64,000 bases of DNA from UHGV virus genome UHGV-1351982. The stretch is one strand, 5' to 3'. Shown here in pieces: positions 9,917 to 20,417 of the stretch. Position 1 is the first letter of the stretch. Every line of letters starts with the position of its first letter. Origin of the DNA: a virus. Under the pieces are notes generated by a model. It saw nothing but the letters and a program-made list of their open reading frames with translations. It ran no database searches and was not told the DNA's origin. Made by a program: the position numbers and the translations under genes.

Positions 9917-12766
9917 TTAAATAGATGCCCAATCCACAGATTGCTCGCCATTATCACCTTCTGCTCTTATACGGAAGCGTAACTTCCTATTAATACCTAG
10001 AGCATCCTCGTTATGAAGAGCATAGTCTGCCTTATTGTATATCAGTAGATAATCGTAGACATACTGATCTTCAATTCGTACACTTCTTAATAAACGATCT
10101 AGGTTATCGTAGATTTCGAGAGTGTAGAAGATTCCATCAATGATATCTTCTTCTGGAATTCTATCCCAGGCCAACTTAACGTCTGGTCCTACAAACTCCG
10201 ATGCATCTCCTGAAGCTGTGTTAGTAACCCTGAAATTACTAACGATGCTTAAGTTTTTAGCAGAGTTAAGTTCTACCGATAATGTTACAGGAGAACTTCG
10301 TCTACCATTAATATCTACAGCTCTAATCTCAAAGACTGCTAAACCAGCAGGTTCTCCAATAATTTCTTGGATCATTCGTAGATTTGGATTAGTTTCTAGT
10401 TGCTGTATGATATAAGGATCAGCATGCCCTGAATGAACGATGGAGTAATAAACAACGTTATTAGTTAAGCTAGGAAGCCAAGATAACTCACCATTCTTAC
10501 CAATAGATCCTACTTGTCCACCCGGTGTTGGTGTGTACATAAAGTCTCTAGGAGGCAGTACGTTATTACTAACATCAGGGATATCGTTACCACTATTATC
10601 AACCTGCTCGGAGTTAATGAATACATCCTCACCATACTCTTGCAGTGTAATATTAATCTTACCTTCTCTAGAGTTTTCAACTTCATCAACTAGGAAGTAT
10701 TTCTTATCCCAACCATAACGACCATATGTAAAAGCAATCGGATCGTTAGGCTCAATGCCTATGAAATGATATGGTAATGAGAATGTGAGAGTTCGTGAGT
10801 AACGAGACTTTTTCAGTTCTCTATCTGCAAAGCTACGTGCAGTATAGTAGTTAGTGATATTTGCAAAAGAAAGCTGAAGTTTTTTATCTAATCCTTTATC
10901 TTGTTCCTTAAATATAGAGTTAAAGAATGTAATGGAGTTAGTTTTCCAGCTTAATGCGGGATCTAATATAGAGGCTTGTACTGAGTTAAACTTATTTCTA
11001 CCAGTAGTATCTGATAGCTCCAGATCACCATAGGTATCTAAGAAGTCAATCTCTAATGGGGTGTTTGAGAACTTCTCAACAGTTATTCTATACTGTCCAG
11101 ATAAGTTGTTGATAGCACCGCCATAAGACTCTATTAATCCCTGCACGTTTTTAAATACTGACTCAGAGGTATCGAGAATAGTATTCATTTGAACTATTTG
11201 TCTATTCTCTCCTACAGCATCAGTCCATCCAACGTATCTCCAGTAGGGTTGCCAAGAAACCTGATAGGATTCATCAATGATATCCAGGATAGCTGCTTCT
11301 TGAATAAGTTGCTGGAGAGGGAACTGATCAATAGTGATATTAGCACCATAGCGATCAGAGGTTAGGTAGTCCAGAGTTTGCCAGATACCATTTAAGCTAG
11401 TCTTGTCAGCAGTTACTCTACCATCTGAATGATAGATCTTAATCTTCTTACCCTGAACTTCAGCACTAACTTCTGGAATTTCTGTTCTGTTTTCATTAAT
11501 AGTAAAGCGAACGATAGCATAAGCAGTATCTAACAGTTTATAACGAGAGTCCCAGTATTCCGGGCCATTCTCATTCATGTTCTGTAAATAGAAACCTTTC
11601 TCTTTTGCAATGTTAACTAGAACATCCGCAGCAGATTGATCTGCTTTACCATGATAAGTCCATATACGGATATCGCCATTACCATCATTATACTTATATT
11701 CCTGTCCATGAACAGAAGGTTCAGAGCTTGGCTGGCCTGAAGCAATACGTTGCATGGTATCACCAGCTACTTTCTTAGTACCAAAGCAAGTACGAGACTT
11801 ACTATCATTAGGATCAATACAGATCATTGGTACATCACCAAAGTAGAAATCTAGGAATCCATCAATCTCACCCTCACAGAAAGCGTATACTACATATACG
11901 ATATTAGGGTTATGCAGTTCAGTATCTGCGAATACTGGGATTCCAGGAATTTTCTGAACTCCGTACACTACTGGCAGGAATTTAGCAGCTAAGTTAAAAT
12001 CAAGATCTACTTCCTTAGTTACAGTCTCATAGTATTTCTTTAGGCTATAGCTTCTAGAAAGACCAAATAACTTTTTCTTAGATTGTAACTTATAACGTTC
12101 TTCCTGAACCTGATACTTAGCAAGAATAGAGATACTCTTGTTAGCGTGGAAGAACCCGTAGTCCTCTTGATATTCAGGTCGCTTAGCACCATTAGACGGA
12201 ACTAATTGTCCGGCAACAATCTCAAGCCCTCTATGGTCAGCATCATCTGTGAAACGTCCATTTACTCTATCAAAGTCATAGAATTGGTTTGAACAGTTCC
12301 ATGTAATAACGGATGTACTAACTCCCGAAGTACCAATGTTATCCTTAATACCACCACCAGTGATTTTACCACGGAAGTAAAGTAAAGGACCATTAGTGTC
12401 TGGATCTACAGGAAGAATGTTACCTTCTTCATCAATAACCGCTTGATGGATTGAGATAGATCTATCTAGGAAGGATACACCATTTTGGACTAGTTTTAAT
12501 ACTTCATCCTCAGCAGTACCTGTGATAGTAAAAGAAAGGCTACCAATGGAAAGTTTTCTATTTTGTTTATGTGTTGTTATAGACTTAACTTTACCGGATG
12601 TGTAAAGAATACCATTATAAATTACATCCCTAAAATAGTCTGTAAGATAAATGTATGCAGAACTTGATCCGGTAGAGCTTGGCAATTCAAGAGTAATAAG
12701 GCATGCAGTTTTTATTTTATTATTAGTTCTTAAATACTCTCTTGCACTGTCAAGAATTTTCTTCAT
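9917..12766 (-). CDS. baseplate hub protein (T5 pb3-like)
   Basis: 949 aa, same length as T5 pb3; synteny between pb4 and pb9. Confidence 0.65.
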   Translation of the reverse strand: MKKILDSAREYLRTNNKIKTACLITLELPSSTGSSSAYIYLTDYFRDVIYNGILYTSGKVKSITTHKQNRKLSIGSLSFTITGTAEDEVLKLVQNGVSFLDRSISIHQAVIDEEGNILPVDPDTNGPLLYFRGKITGGGIKDNIGTSGVSTSVITWNCSNQFYDFDRVNGRFTDDADHRGLEIVAGQLVPSNGAKRPEYQEDYGFFHANKSISILAKYQVQEERYKLQSKKKLFGLSRSYSLKKYYETVTKEVDLDFNLAAKFLPVVYGVQKIPGIPVFADTELHNPNIVYVVYAFCEGEIDGFLDFYFGDVPMICIDPNDSKSRTCFGTKKVAGDTMQRIASGQPSSEPSVHGQEYKYNDGNGDIRIWTYHGKADQSAADVLVNIAKEKGFYLQNMNENGPEYWDSRYKLLDTAYAIVRFTINENRTEIPEVSAEVQGKKIKIYHSDGRVTADKTSLNGIWQTLDYLTSDRYGANITIDQFPLQQLIQEAAILDIIDESYQVSWQPYWRYVGWTDAVGENRQIVQMNTILDTSESVFKNVQGLIESYGGAINNLSGQYRITVEKFSNTPLEIDFLDTYGDLELSDTTGRNKFNSVQASILDPALSWKTNSITFFNSIFKEQDKGLDKKLQLSFANITNYYTARSFADRELKKSRYSRTLTFSLPYHFIGIEPNDPIAFTYGRYGWDKKYFLVDEVENSREGKINITLQEYGEDVFINSEQVDNSGNDIPDVSNNVLPPRDFMYTPTPGGQVGSIGKNGELSWLPSLTNNVVYYSIVHSGHADPYIIQQLETNPNLRMIQEIIGEPAGLAVFEIRAVDINGRRSSPVTLSVELNSAKNLSIVSNFRVTNTASGDASEFVGPDVKLAWDRIPEEDIIDGIFYTLEIYDNLDRLLRSVRIEDQYVYDYLLIYNKADYALHNEDALGINRKLRFRIRAEGDNGEQSVDWASI

Positions 12767-13377
12767 AGACTTTCCCTCAAGGAAAGTGAAATACCAGTAT
12801 ATGTACCATTACTATTTAACGTAGAGCCGAAGCTGTCTCCGTTCATTAATTTAGTTCTAAATAGAATACCATTAAATACCGGTTTCTCACTACCCGTAGT
12901 AGTAATGAATAGATCAGGGTAAACACTTATATTCCAAGTATTTCCTACTGTGTTGATAGAAGTGATTTTGTACACTTTTGGGTGGTTGGACAATTTAAAT
13001 AAATCGCCTGGTTTAGGCAGTCCACGAAGTGTACCTTTAGTGTCCATAATAACTGTTGAACCTTTTTGTCCAGCAGGAATATTTACAGCACTAGTATCAC
13101 CACGAACTCGGAAAGCTTCATATTGTGGTAATAACACATCAATATAGCTACCTGTTCTTTTGTAATCTAGAATGAATGAATCTAATTTAGCAAATTCATC
13201 TGGGAATAATTCTGGATAAGAGATATTAATACCCCAATATTGAGCAGACACCTTAACCTCCCTAACTTTACCATTAGGTAATTCATCACGAATCATAGGG
13301 TCATTGTCTACTAAGTTAACGCTTTCAAAACCTAACCCTGATAGCTCTGGGTTCGTGTATGGGTCTGGTAGTCTCAT
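12763..13377 (-). CDS. distal tail protein (T5 pb9-like, Dit)
   Basis: 204 aa, same as T5 pb9; located between tape measure and hub. Confidence 0.6.
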   Translation of the reverse strand: MRLPDPYTNPELSGLGFESVNLVDNDPMIRDELPNGKVREVKVSAQYWGINISYPELFPDEFAKLDSFILDYKRTGSYIDVLLPQYEAFRVRGDTSAVNIPAGQKGSTVIMDTKGTLRGLPKPGDLFKLSNHPKVYKITSINTVGNTWNISVYPDLFITTTGSEKPVFNGILFRTKLMNGDSFGSTLNSNGTYTGISLSLRESL

Positions 13378-13403
13378 AGTTAATTTCTCCTCTTAATAAC
13401 AAT

Positions 13404-13432
13404 ATTATAATAGGATTGGAAAATTTTATCAA
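13404..13432 (-). promoter_or_regulatory. sigma70-like promoter (TTGATA-N17-TATAAT) upstream of the pb9-like gene
   Basis: Perfect -10 and near-consensus -35 on minus strand, followed by RBS AAGAGGAG and ATG at 13377. Confidence 0.45.
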
Positions 13433-13454
13433 GAAATTTTTATTTTTCCATAAA

Positions 13455-13480
13455 GAAAAGGAGGACATAAAGTCCTCCTC
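13455..13480 (-). terminator. rho-independent terminator after tape measure gene
   Basis: Hairpin GGAGGAC-TTTATG-TCCTCC followed by U-run on minus-strand RNA. Confidence 0.55.
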
Positions 13481-13485
13481 CAGTA

Positions 13486-16400
13486 TTAAGAATTACCAAG
13501 TGATTTCAGGGTGGTTCCATTCTCATTAAGAGCCTGTTCCACGGCATCCCTGAAAGCAGCACTATTGCTCGAAGCAAAATCTCGGAAGCTAGCCGCATCC
13601 ATCGTACTGATGTTCAGCACAATAGGTCTACCCGATGTGCCTTTTGAAGATCCTTTGAGTTCATCAGTAGGGGTAGCCTTCATCGGAACCATAGGAGTGA
13701 TTACTTCGGTACCATGCTCACCCATCTGGTAACTAACTCCAGGATACATATTACCACCTTCTGCACGAGGTACGAAAGAGTTAGCATTACCAATCCCTTG
13801 ATCTCCTCGAATATAAGAAAGTTCACCTGCGTTAGCCGACATAGAAACGTCTACATTCTTCTGGCGCTCTCCAAGAGTTAAGTAACCCGCTGTCTCAGCA
13901 CCAGAGTCTCCAATAGAAGACATACCAGATGCAGAGGATGCTTGAGCAAGAGCCATAGCACCTGCTAAACCAGCCGCAACCATCAGAGGAATAGAGAATG
14001 GATACGGAACAGCTGTTGCTGCTTGCATCACCGCTACTGCCGTCTGGATAATGATTTGCTTCTTAGCTGCATCTTGCTGGATCTTGAGCTTTTCAGCCTC
14101 TAACTTCTTGATCTTAGCTTTGGATTGCTCAGATTTACCATCACGTTTCTGTTCTGCTGCAATAGCTGCATCAATAGCACTTACCTGTTGACCAACACTA
14201 TACTGAATCATTGAAGACACAGTTTGCATACCAGCCGCTACTAGAGAAGTGGTATCCAGAGATCCTTGTGAGAACTGGATCATAGCGTTAGTTAGGTTAC
14301 CCATGCTTTGTGCTACAGCGGTTGCTTCGGAGTTCAGTTCAGACAGCTTAGAAATAGCCTGGTCATAGGACGCCATTCTATTCTGCATATCTGCGAAGTT
14401 TTTATCTTCTCCAGTTAATCCAGTAGTAGGAGTATACGTAGCCCCTACAGCCGCACCTACAGAAGACTGCATTTCTGCATCGCGCTGTACTCTTAAAGCT
14501 GCGAGCTGGGCTCTAGTTTCTGCTAGCTTTTTATTATACTCTAACTGAGCAGCAGCATTCCCTAAAGTTTTTTGCTTAAGGTCTTCGAATAGCTGGATTT
14601 GCTCCTTGATACGTTCCGCAGCTCCCATTAAAGGATTTGCGGTAAATTTCCTTTGTTGCTCCTCTTCCCTGCCAGCAGCCATTTCCCTTTGCTGATCCTG
14701 ACGGAATTTCCAGATTTCACGTTCAATTTGTGCCTGAGCACGTCTTGATTGTTCAGCTTCCTTATGCTTATCAACCTGTTTGGAGTACCATTCATACTTT
14801 TCTTTCTCGACAGTCAGTTCAAGGTTCAACTGAGCTAAACGATATTGAGTATCTGTCATAGTACGGTTATTCAGGAGAGCAATTTCACGATCAACACCAA
14901 GAATCTTATCGGTATAGTCCTTAACCTTCTTCTGGGCTTCCATACCCTGGTTAGTAATCTTGATACGTTCTAACTGAATCTTAGCTATTTCACCTTCGAT
15001 TGCTTTGTTACCTTTGTTAGTTTCTAGGACACGCTTAAGAGCTGCTTCCTGTTCTTCTAACTGTTGAATTTCCAAACGTCTACCAGCTTCCTGTGCTTTC
15101 TCTTTGTCCTTAGTCTGGTTATACACTTCGGCAATCTTCTGCTGAACTTCTAACTGATTCTTAGTCTCATTACCAGTTAATTTTACATAACCAGCAAGAG
15201 CTTGTGAAGCAGTCTTCATCTCACTAAGAGTATTATATCCTAAGTTCAGGCTCTTAACATACTCATCAGCATTTTTACCAGTACCAGCAGAAAGAGACTC
15301 AATAGTCTTAATCGTATCTGATAGGGATGCACTAGTTTTAGCCGCAGTATTAGTATTCTGAGCAATGTTCTGGATATCATTAGCTAAGTCGCTAGCAGTT
15401 TTCTTAGCTTGGTCATACGCTTTCTGCTGTTCTGTCAATCCTTTCAGAGTTGCAGAGTTAAAGTCATAAACCGCATCAGGATCATTCATATCCTTCTGCA
15501 GATTAATCTGCTTCTGAAATTCTGGATTAGCCTTAGCAGCCGCAGCACCCGCAGCTTGATATGCAGATTTCCATGCACCTAAATTATCGGTTGAATCAGT
15601 AACTTCCTTATCCAAACGTTCTACTTGGAGTGCCATAGCCGCAGTTTCAGCTACGAACTTCTTGTTTTCCTCAGAAGCACCAAGAGCCGCAGCACTTACC
15701 GGAACACCCTGAGCCACAGAACGAATTGCACCTGCAGTAAAGAAGTCAGCCTGTTCCATACGCTTGTCTAGATCAGCTTTTAACTTATTACGCTTTTCTA
15801 GAGATTCTTTATACATATCAAGAGCTTTATTATACCCTTCCTCAGAAGCGGAAAGACTTAAAGCTACAGCGCCAACGTTAGTTGGGTCAATCTGACGGTT
15901 AGTTTCTTCCTGTGCTCTAGCAGCAGAAGCTGAGATAGATGCTTGAGAAGTATAGAATACTGCGTTAATAGAATCAATTACCGGACCTAAATACTTAGCA
16001 GCAGCCTGTTGAACCTTTCTCAGTGCAGCATCAGCATTAGCAGCAAACTGTTCCCATGGAGTTGCGCGAAGTACATCATCTAGGTAGCCGAAACGTTTAG
16101 TAGATTCAGCGATTACTGCGTTAGCATATGCTTGTTGCTTCTGGAAAGTAGATAGACTATTAACGTTATATGTAATACCTGTGTTAGCAGCATTTAACTG
16201 TTTAACATAGTCAGCATAAGCATCGTTAAGACGTATAGTAACACCAAGTTCGTCCAGAAGTTCGATTTCTTGTTTAGATACACCCTTGATTACACGGTTA
16301 AGTGCATCAGTCATATCAACACCAAGAACAGCAGCAGCACGACGAGCTACTAGACCAAATTTATTAAGTTGTTCCGCATCGAATCCATATGCAGAAGCAG

Positions 16401-17166
16401 AGGATGCCTGTCTCATTGCTTCTTCGAAGGAGATTGCGTAACCAGCAGCCTCTTGTAGAGATCTAGCTAGAGTTTGTACCGGAGTACCTGTTTGAGTACC
16501 AACAATAGTACCAAACTTCTCAAGACGGTTTAACTGGTCACCCATCTTAAGCTGTTCAAATGCAGATTGTAGAACGAACACGTTAGATGCGATAGCAGCG
16601 TACATAAGAGGTAAACCACCACCCACTTTAGCCATAGCTGCGAAGTCACGAGTAGCACCACGTGCTGAGCCAGAAGTATTACCAATTGCACGACTAGCAC
16701 GTCCTGCAGCGGTAGTTGTATCATTAAAGCCTCTAGCAGTATTACCTAGGGCTCGGTTAGTATCATATAATCTATCTTGAACTTTTTCAGTTGCAGCAGC
16801 TACATCATTACCCATCGCCTTAACAGATTTACCAACATGTGTAAATCCAGACTCTAGCTTCTCAGATACCTCGATCATAGCAAGGGCAAGATCATCTAGC
16901 TTATCACCAATACCCTCAATGGATTTAGTGATACCAGCCATACCTCTGCTAGCCTGCATTTTAGTTAGACTTTTAGCTGCTCTATCCGCCGCCCTCTCAA
17001 TGGAGTAAAGAGTTTTGGGCATTTTTCCTAACTGCTCATTAGTCAGTTCGGAAGCGGCAGCAGCATTTTCTAACGCATCGGAAACGTTCTCAATAGATTT
17101 TGCAGTACGGGTTGCCCCTTTCTGCTTTACATCTATAAGTAGTTCTCGTATTAGCTTATCAGTCAT
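13486..17166 (-). CDS. pb2: tail tape measure protein (T5 pb2-like)
   Basis: 1226 aa, extensive coiled-coil/Ala-Gln-rich sequence, hydrophobic Gly/Ala-rich segment, position in tail module. Confidence 0.85.
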   Translation of the reverse strand: MTDKLIRELLIDVKQKGATRTAKSIENVSDALENAAAASELTNEQLGKMPKTLYSIERAADRAAKSLTKMQASRGMAGITKSIEGIGDKLDDLALAMIEVSEKLESGFTHVGKSVKAMGNDVAAATEKVQDRLYDTNRALGNTARGFNDTTTAAGRASRAIGNTSGSARGATRDFAAMAKVGGGLPLMYAAIASNVFVLQSAFEQLKMGDQLNRLEKFGTIVGTQTGTPVQTLARSLQEAAGYAISFEEAMRQASSASAYGFDAEQLNKFGLVARRAAAVLGVDMTDALNRVIKGVSKQEIELLDELGVTIRLNDAYADYVKQLNAANTGITYNVNSLSTFQKQQAYANAVIAESTKRFGYLDDVLRATPWEQFAANADAALRKVQQAAAKYLGPVIDSINAVFYTSQASISASAARAQEETNRQIDPTNVGAVALSLSASEEGYNKALDMYKESLEKRNKLKADLDKRMEQADFFTAGAIRSVAQGVPVSAAALGASEENKKFVAETAAMALQVERLDKEVTDSTDNLGAWKSAYQAAGAAAAKANPEFQKQINLQKDMNDPDAVYDFNSATLKGLTEQQKAYDQAKKTASDLANDIQNIAQNTNTAAKTSASLSDTIKTIESLSAGTGKNADEYVKSLNLGYNTLSEMKTASQALAGYVKLTGNETKNQLEVQQKIAEVYNQTKDKEKAQEAGRRLEIQQLEEQEAALKRVLETNKGNKAIEGEIAKIQLERIKITNQGMEAQKKVKDYTDKILGVDREIALLNNRTMTDTQYRLAQLNLELTVEKEKYEWYSKQVDKHKEAEQSRRAQAQIEREIWKFRQDQQREMAAGREEEQQRKFTANPLMGAAERIKEQIQLFEDLKQKTLGNAAAQLEYNKKLAETRAQLAALRVQRDAEMQSSVGAAVGATYTPTTGLTGEDKNFADMQNRMASYDQAISKLSELNSEATAVAQSMGNLTNAMIQFSQGSLDTTSLVAAGMQTVSSMIQYSVGQQVSAIDAAIAAEQKRDGKSEQSKAKIKKLEAEKLKIQQDAAKKQIIIQTAVAVMQAATAVPYPFSIPLMVAAGLAGAMALAQASSASGMSSIGDSGAETAGYLTLGERQKNVDVSMSANAGELSYIRGDQGIGNANSFVPRAEGGNMYPGVSYQMGEHGTEVITPMVPMKATPTDELKGSSKGTSGRPIVLNISTMDAASFRDFASSNSAAFRDAVEQALNENGTTLKSLGNS

Positions 17167-17186
17167 TTATTTTTCCCAATAAAAAA

Positions 17187-17211
17187 GGCTCTGGGCAAAT
17201 CACCCAGAGCC
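17187..17211 (-). terminator. hairpin GGCTCTGGG-CAAATCA-CCCAGAGCC in conserved intergenic element upstream of pb2
   Basis: 9-bp stem; same flanking 25-nt sequence CATTTATTTTTCCCAATAAAAAAGG recurs at 22186-22210. Confidence 0.5.
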
Positions 17212-17246
17212 AAGCCTCATCGTGGAACGCCCATTGGAGGAAACTT

Positions 17247-17615
17247 TTACTGAGCTCGAGATCTAGCATGCGGTTTAATGTTCGGAGTACGACCATTAGG
17301 TTTACTATGCTTCTCGGCTCTCTTACGAGCTGCATCTACAGCTTTCGAATCAAATATATTGATTATGTGTAGAACAAACTCTTTCTCTATGGGATCAGTA
17401 ATCCCATAGATATCAAATAAAACACCTAATGCACTTTTGTCTTTTCCTATAAATATAGGAAAATCGCCTGGTATGAAGCAGTCAATAAGACTATTATAAA
17501 TATTCATACTAGTAGATACAATAGGTGGAAAATCTTCGAGTTCAACAGGCATTGCCTTAGGATCAGGTTCAATACCAAGTGACTCACAAAGCATTAAATA
17601 TTGTTGTTTTGTCAT
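17247..17615 (-). CDS. putative tail assembly chaperone (downstream ORF)
   Basis: 122 aa between major tail gene and tape measure; its frame stays open 29 codons upstream of its ATG and overlaps the preceding ORF. Confidence 0.4.
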   Translation of the reverse strand: MTKQQYLMLCESLGIEPDPKAMPVELEDFPPIVSTSMNIYNSLIDCFIPGDFPIFIGKDKSALGVLFDIYGITDPIEKEFVLHIINIFDSKAVDAARKRAEKHSKPNGRTPNIKPHARSRAQ

Positions 17616-17676
17616 TTTAGATGCCGAGGATTTAATGCATTTATCAGCAAAATCGGCAACAGCATCTAGTAACTGC

Positions 17677-18081
17677 TTACGCTTTTGAGCTACGAAAAGT
17701 GTCTAAGTGGAACACTGTCTGGTTGATCCAAGAATCAAACGCAGCAGAGTTCTGCATAAGCATGATAGCGTTATCGCGACTAAATGGAACTTCAGTAGTA
17801 GGATCAGCCTCAGTTTCGATAAGCATCAGCTTCTCAACATCTCCAATCGTCAAGCCAGTCCAGCCAGCAATTGCAGTATCAACGAAAGCTTCAATAAACT
17901 TATCATCATCCTGAACCTGAATCATAGTACCGTTAACCCACTCGTCACGCTTAGCGGAAGAGATAACACGCTTAGACGCAGCACGAGACATGTAGTTCAG
18001 TTGCAGCTTGAAGTTAGGCATACCTGGGTAAGCCAGCTCAATAGTACGAGTTTCAAGGGTAATATCTTTTAAATTGATCAT
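17677..18081 (-). CDS. putative tail assembly chaperone (upstream ORF)
   Basis: 134 aa, acidic; canonical position of siphovirus chaperone gene pair. Confidence 0.45.
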   Translation of the reverse strand: MINLKDITLETRTIELAYPGMPNFKLQLNYMSRAASKRVISSAKRDEWVNGTMIQVQDDDKFIEAFVDTAIAGWTGLTIGDVEKLMLIETEADPTTEVPFSRDNAIMLMQNSAAFDSWINQTVFHLDTFRSSKA

Positions 18082-18977
18082 TTCTTTATTTCTCCAAAGA
18101 AGTCGATTCTTACCGGATCAGAGTCTGCAGTAGGGATTACATCCCATTCAACTCTGTATATATCCGAGAATTGTAGGCGTTTTGTTATACGTGCTGAAGG
18201 AAAATCAATCGAAATATGTTCATTTCGGATGGTTAATGGTATGTCAGTTTCGGGTTCAATATTATAAAACATATCGCCAGCAAATCGCTTGGTGTAGTAA
18301 AATGCAATTGTTGCCGAAGCATTCATTTCATTAACATAAGCTCTCTTATTATTATATATTTTGTTTATGTCAAATACGCTTTTATCTTCTCTCCAAGAAC
18401 ATTGTTGCTGGAATGACATAGAAGCGGATAAAAGAGCCGGTAAAACGTTACTGTTAGTAGATACTCTAGGAGGACTATATGACATAACTTCACCCTGAAC
18501 AATAGAACCAGCAGGAGTAAAAGTAGACACCTCAGAGAACTTACCAGATTCAATTCCTACGTTTAGAATAGGAACGCTTTTATCTAGAGAAAAGTCTACA
18601 GTAGATACATAGCAATTCTCAAAATACACACAGTTATTATCTTTATTAACTATGTATATATTAAACATTGTTGGCTCAATATTTGTACTATAAAGTGGTA
18701 GTAGGAATGTGTTACCCTCTCGGTCAAAGCCCATCCATTCAAAGAAGTTAGCTTCAGTAAGGGTATTACTAAAATTTATAGCCAGCGATATTGAAGATGG
18801 AGTTTGTGCATTAATAATAGAGTCAGCATAGTTGGTTCTACGATGTATAGTCCTACGAAGAGTTTTAAATTCCTCATAGGACGTATTGATATCGTAATTT
18901 GACAGGGCATCAAAATGATAAGCCCTGCCATCGTACTCAACTATAACTTTTGACTCCCTCATTAGAGAGTAGTACAT
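18078..18977 (-). CDS. minor tail protein (T5 p140-like)
   Basis: 299 aa immediately downstream of major tail tube gene; assignment by synteny only. Confidence 0.4.
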   Translation of the reverse strand: MYYSLMRESKVIVEYDGRAYHFDALSNYDINTSYEEFKTLRRTIHRRTNYADSIINAQTPSSISLAINFSNTLTEANFFEWMGFDREGNTFLLPLYSTNIEPTMFNIYIVNKDNNCVYFENCYVSTVDFSLDKSVPILNVGIESGKFSEVSTFTPAGSIVQGEVMSYSPPRVSTNSNVLPALLSASMSFQQQCSWREDKSVFDINKIYNNKRAYVNEMNASATIAFYYTKRFAGDMFYNIEPETDIPLTIRNEHISIDFPSARITKRLQFSDIYRVEWDVIPTADSDPVRIDFFGEIKK

Positions 18978-18981
18978 TTAA

Positions 18982-20391
18982 TTAGCCACCAGAAGCAGTA
19001 ACTGTAATGCTCTTAGTACCTTCTACACCAGAACCATCTTTAGCTACAGCTTTCACAGTAACTGCACCAGTCTTAGAAGCATCAGCGGTTAGTAACCCAG
19101 AAGTTGCATCAATAGTGGCAGCAGTACCAGAGGAAATAGACCAAGTTACTTCCTTATTAGTAGCTTCAGCAGGTAAAACATCTACAGTCATCTGAAGAGT
19201 TGCACTATTCTTGACGGAAGTTGCATCACCCGCAGATTTAACAGTAATACCTGTTACTTTTACTGGAGCTGCTTTACCACCGTCACCAGTTGCAATCAGA
19301 TTTGCAATAGTAGCTTTGGTGTACTTATTAGAGAAACCAAGATAACCTTCATCACCAGTATCCAGATCAGTAGGAATTGCTTTGAACTCTACAGAAGTAC
19401 CAAGTACATCGTCAGTCTCAATAGTTGGGATGTTTACGTGGGCTTGCTTAGCAACCAGAACAGCAGCAGGGCGCTCATCATCATATTCACCCCCAAGTAC
19501 TAGAGCGATTTCGAAACGGTTAACTACTTTCAGGGTCTTAATTAGATCTTTGTACAGATCCATAGAACCTAGAGCTTTATCGTTAAGATAAGCAGTTAGA
19601 GAACCAGTTAGTTCGAATGCACCAGTAAATGAACCGATTGGGATGTTAACACGGGACATAACGTTCGGAGTCAGGTAGGTGATGTTGTTGTTGATTGTAA
19701 AACTACCACCAGTGATCGGAATGTCATATGCCTTACCAGTATCCATATCCTTAATTTTGAGGATAGTCAGTTTGTTCTTGATATAAGAACCCTGGATAGT
19801 CATGTAAGTTTCATCATCAATACCTACAGTATCAGGATCAAATGGAGCAGCATCCAGAGGGATCAGCTGGTTACCATTACCTGACCAAGTTACACGACCG
19901 ATATCTTCGATATCAACGTTTACTTCAGCCTGGTTGATCTGGCAGGAATCGATGTAGCTCCATGCTTTATCAGTAAGGATGTAAATATGTAGCATTGCCA
20001 GTTCGTGGTATGCGTTATCCTTAAAGTTAACCATGAAGTTAGTTTCGTTAGTGTGTGCACCTGTATCACCATCTAGGTTGATAGGCTTACCACTAGAAAG
20101 AGCATGCCACAGCATGTAGTCCGGAACGATCTGCTTACTCGTAGTCTTGTCTAAGTAAGGCAGGATGTAAGTAGAGAAACTCCACTCAGCTGCGTTCAGG
20201 GAGTCGTTGAAACGTTTTGAACCACGAGTTGGACGCGGACCAGCTTCGTTAACAGTAATATCGGTTGAGTTACTGTCCTGACCCCAAGAAATATCATCTT
20301 GAACTAGAATCTCTTGCGTGTTTTCTTTGGTGTGACCAGACTTAACCGTAGACACGAAGATTCGAGTATTACGTAATAGTTGTAAAGACAT
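18982..20391 (-). CDS. pb6: major tail tube protein with C-terminal Ig-like (Big_2-like) domain (T5 pb6-like)
   Basis: 469 aa; C-terminal VTGITVKSAGDATSVKNSATLQMTVDVLPAEATNKEVTWSISSG.. is Ig-like; synteny. Confidence 0.75.
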   Translation of the reverse strand: MSLQLLRNTRIFVSTVKSGHTKENTQEILVQDDISWGQDSNSTDITVNEAGPRPTRGSKRFNDSLNAAEWSFSTYILPYLDKTTSKQIVPDYMLWHALSSGKPINLDGDTGAHTNETNFMVNFKDNAYHELAMLHIYILTDKAWSYIDSCQINQAEVNVDIEDIGRVTWSGNGNQLIPLDAAPFDPDTVGIDDETYMTIQGSYIKNKLTILKIKDMDTGKAYDIPITGGSFTINNNITYLTPNVMSRVNIPIGSFTGAFELTGSLTAYLNDKALGSMDLYKDLIKTLKVVNRFEIALVLGGEYDDERPAAVLVAKQAHVNIPTIETDDVLGTSVEFKAIPTDLDTGDEGYLGFSNKYTKATIANLIATGDGGKAAPVKVTGITVKSAGDATSVKNSATLQMTVDVLPAEATNKEVTWSISSGTAATIDATSGLLTADASKTGAVTVKAVAKDGSGVEGTKSITVTASGG

Positions 20392-20417
20392 TTATATATA
20401 TTCTCCTAATCTGTAAC

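Noticed and set aside
17699-18072. Plus-strand ORFs (71 and 121 aa) inside the tail chaperone gene
   Set aside because: Antisense to a syntenic minus-strand gene in a uniformly minus-strand operon.
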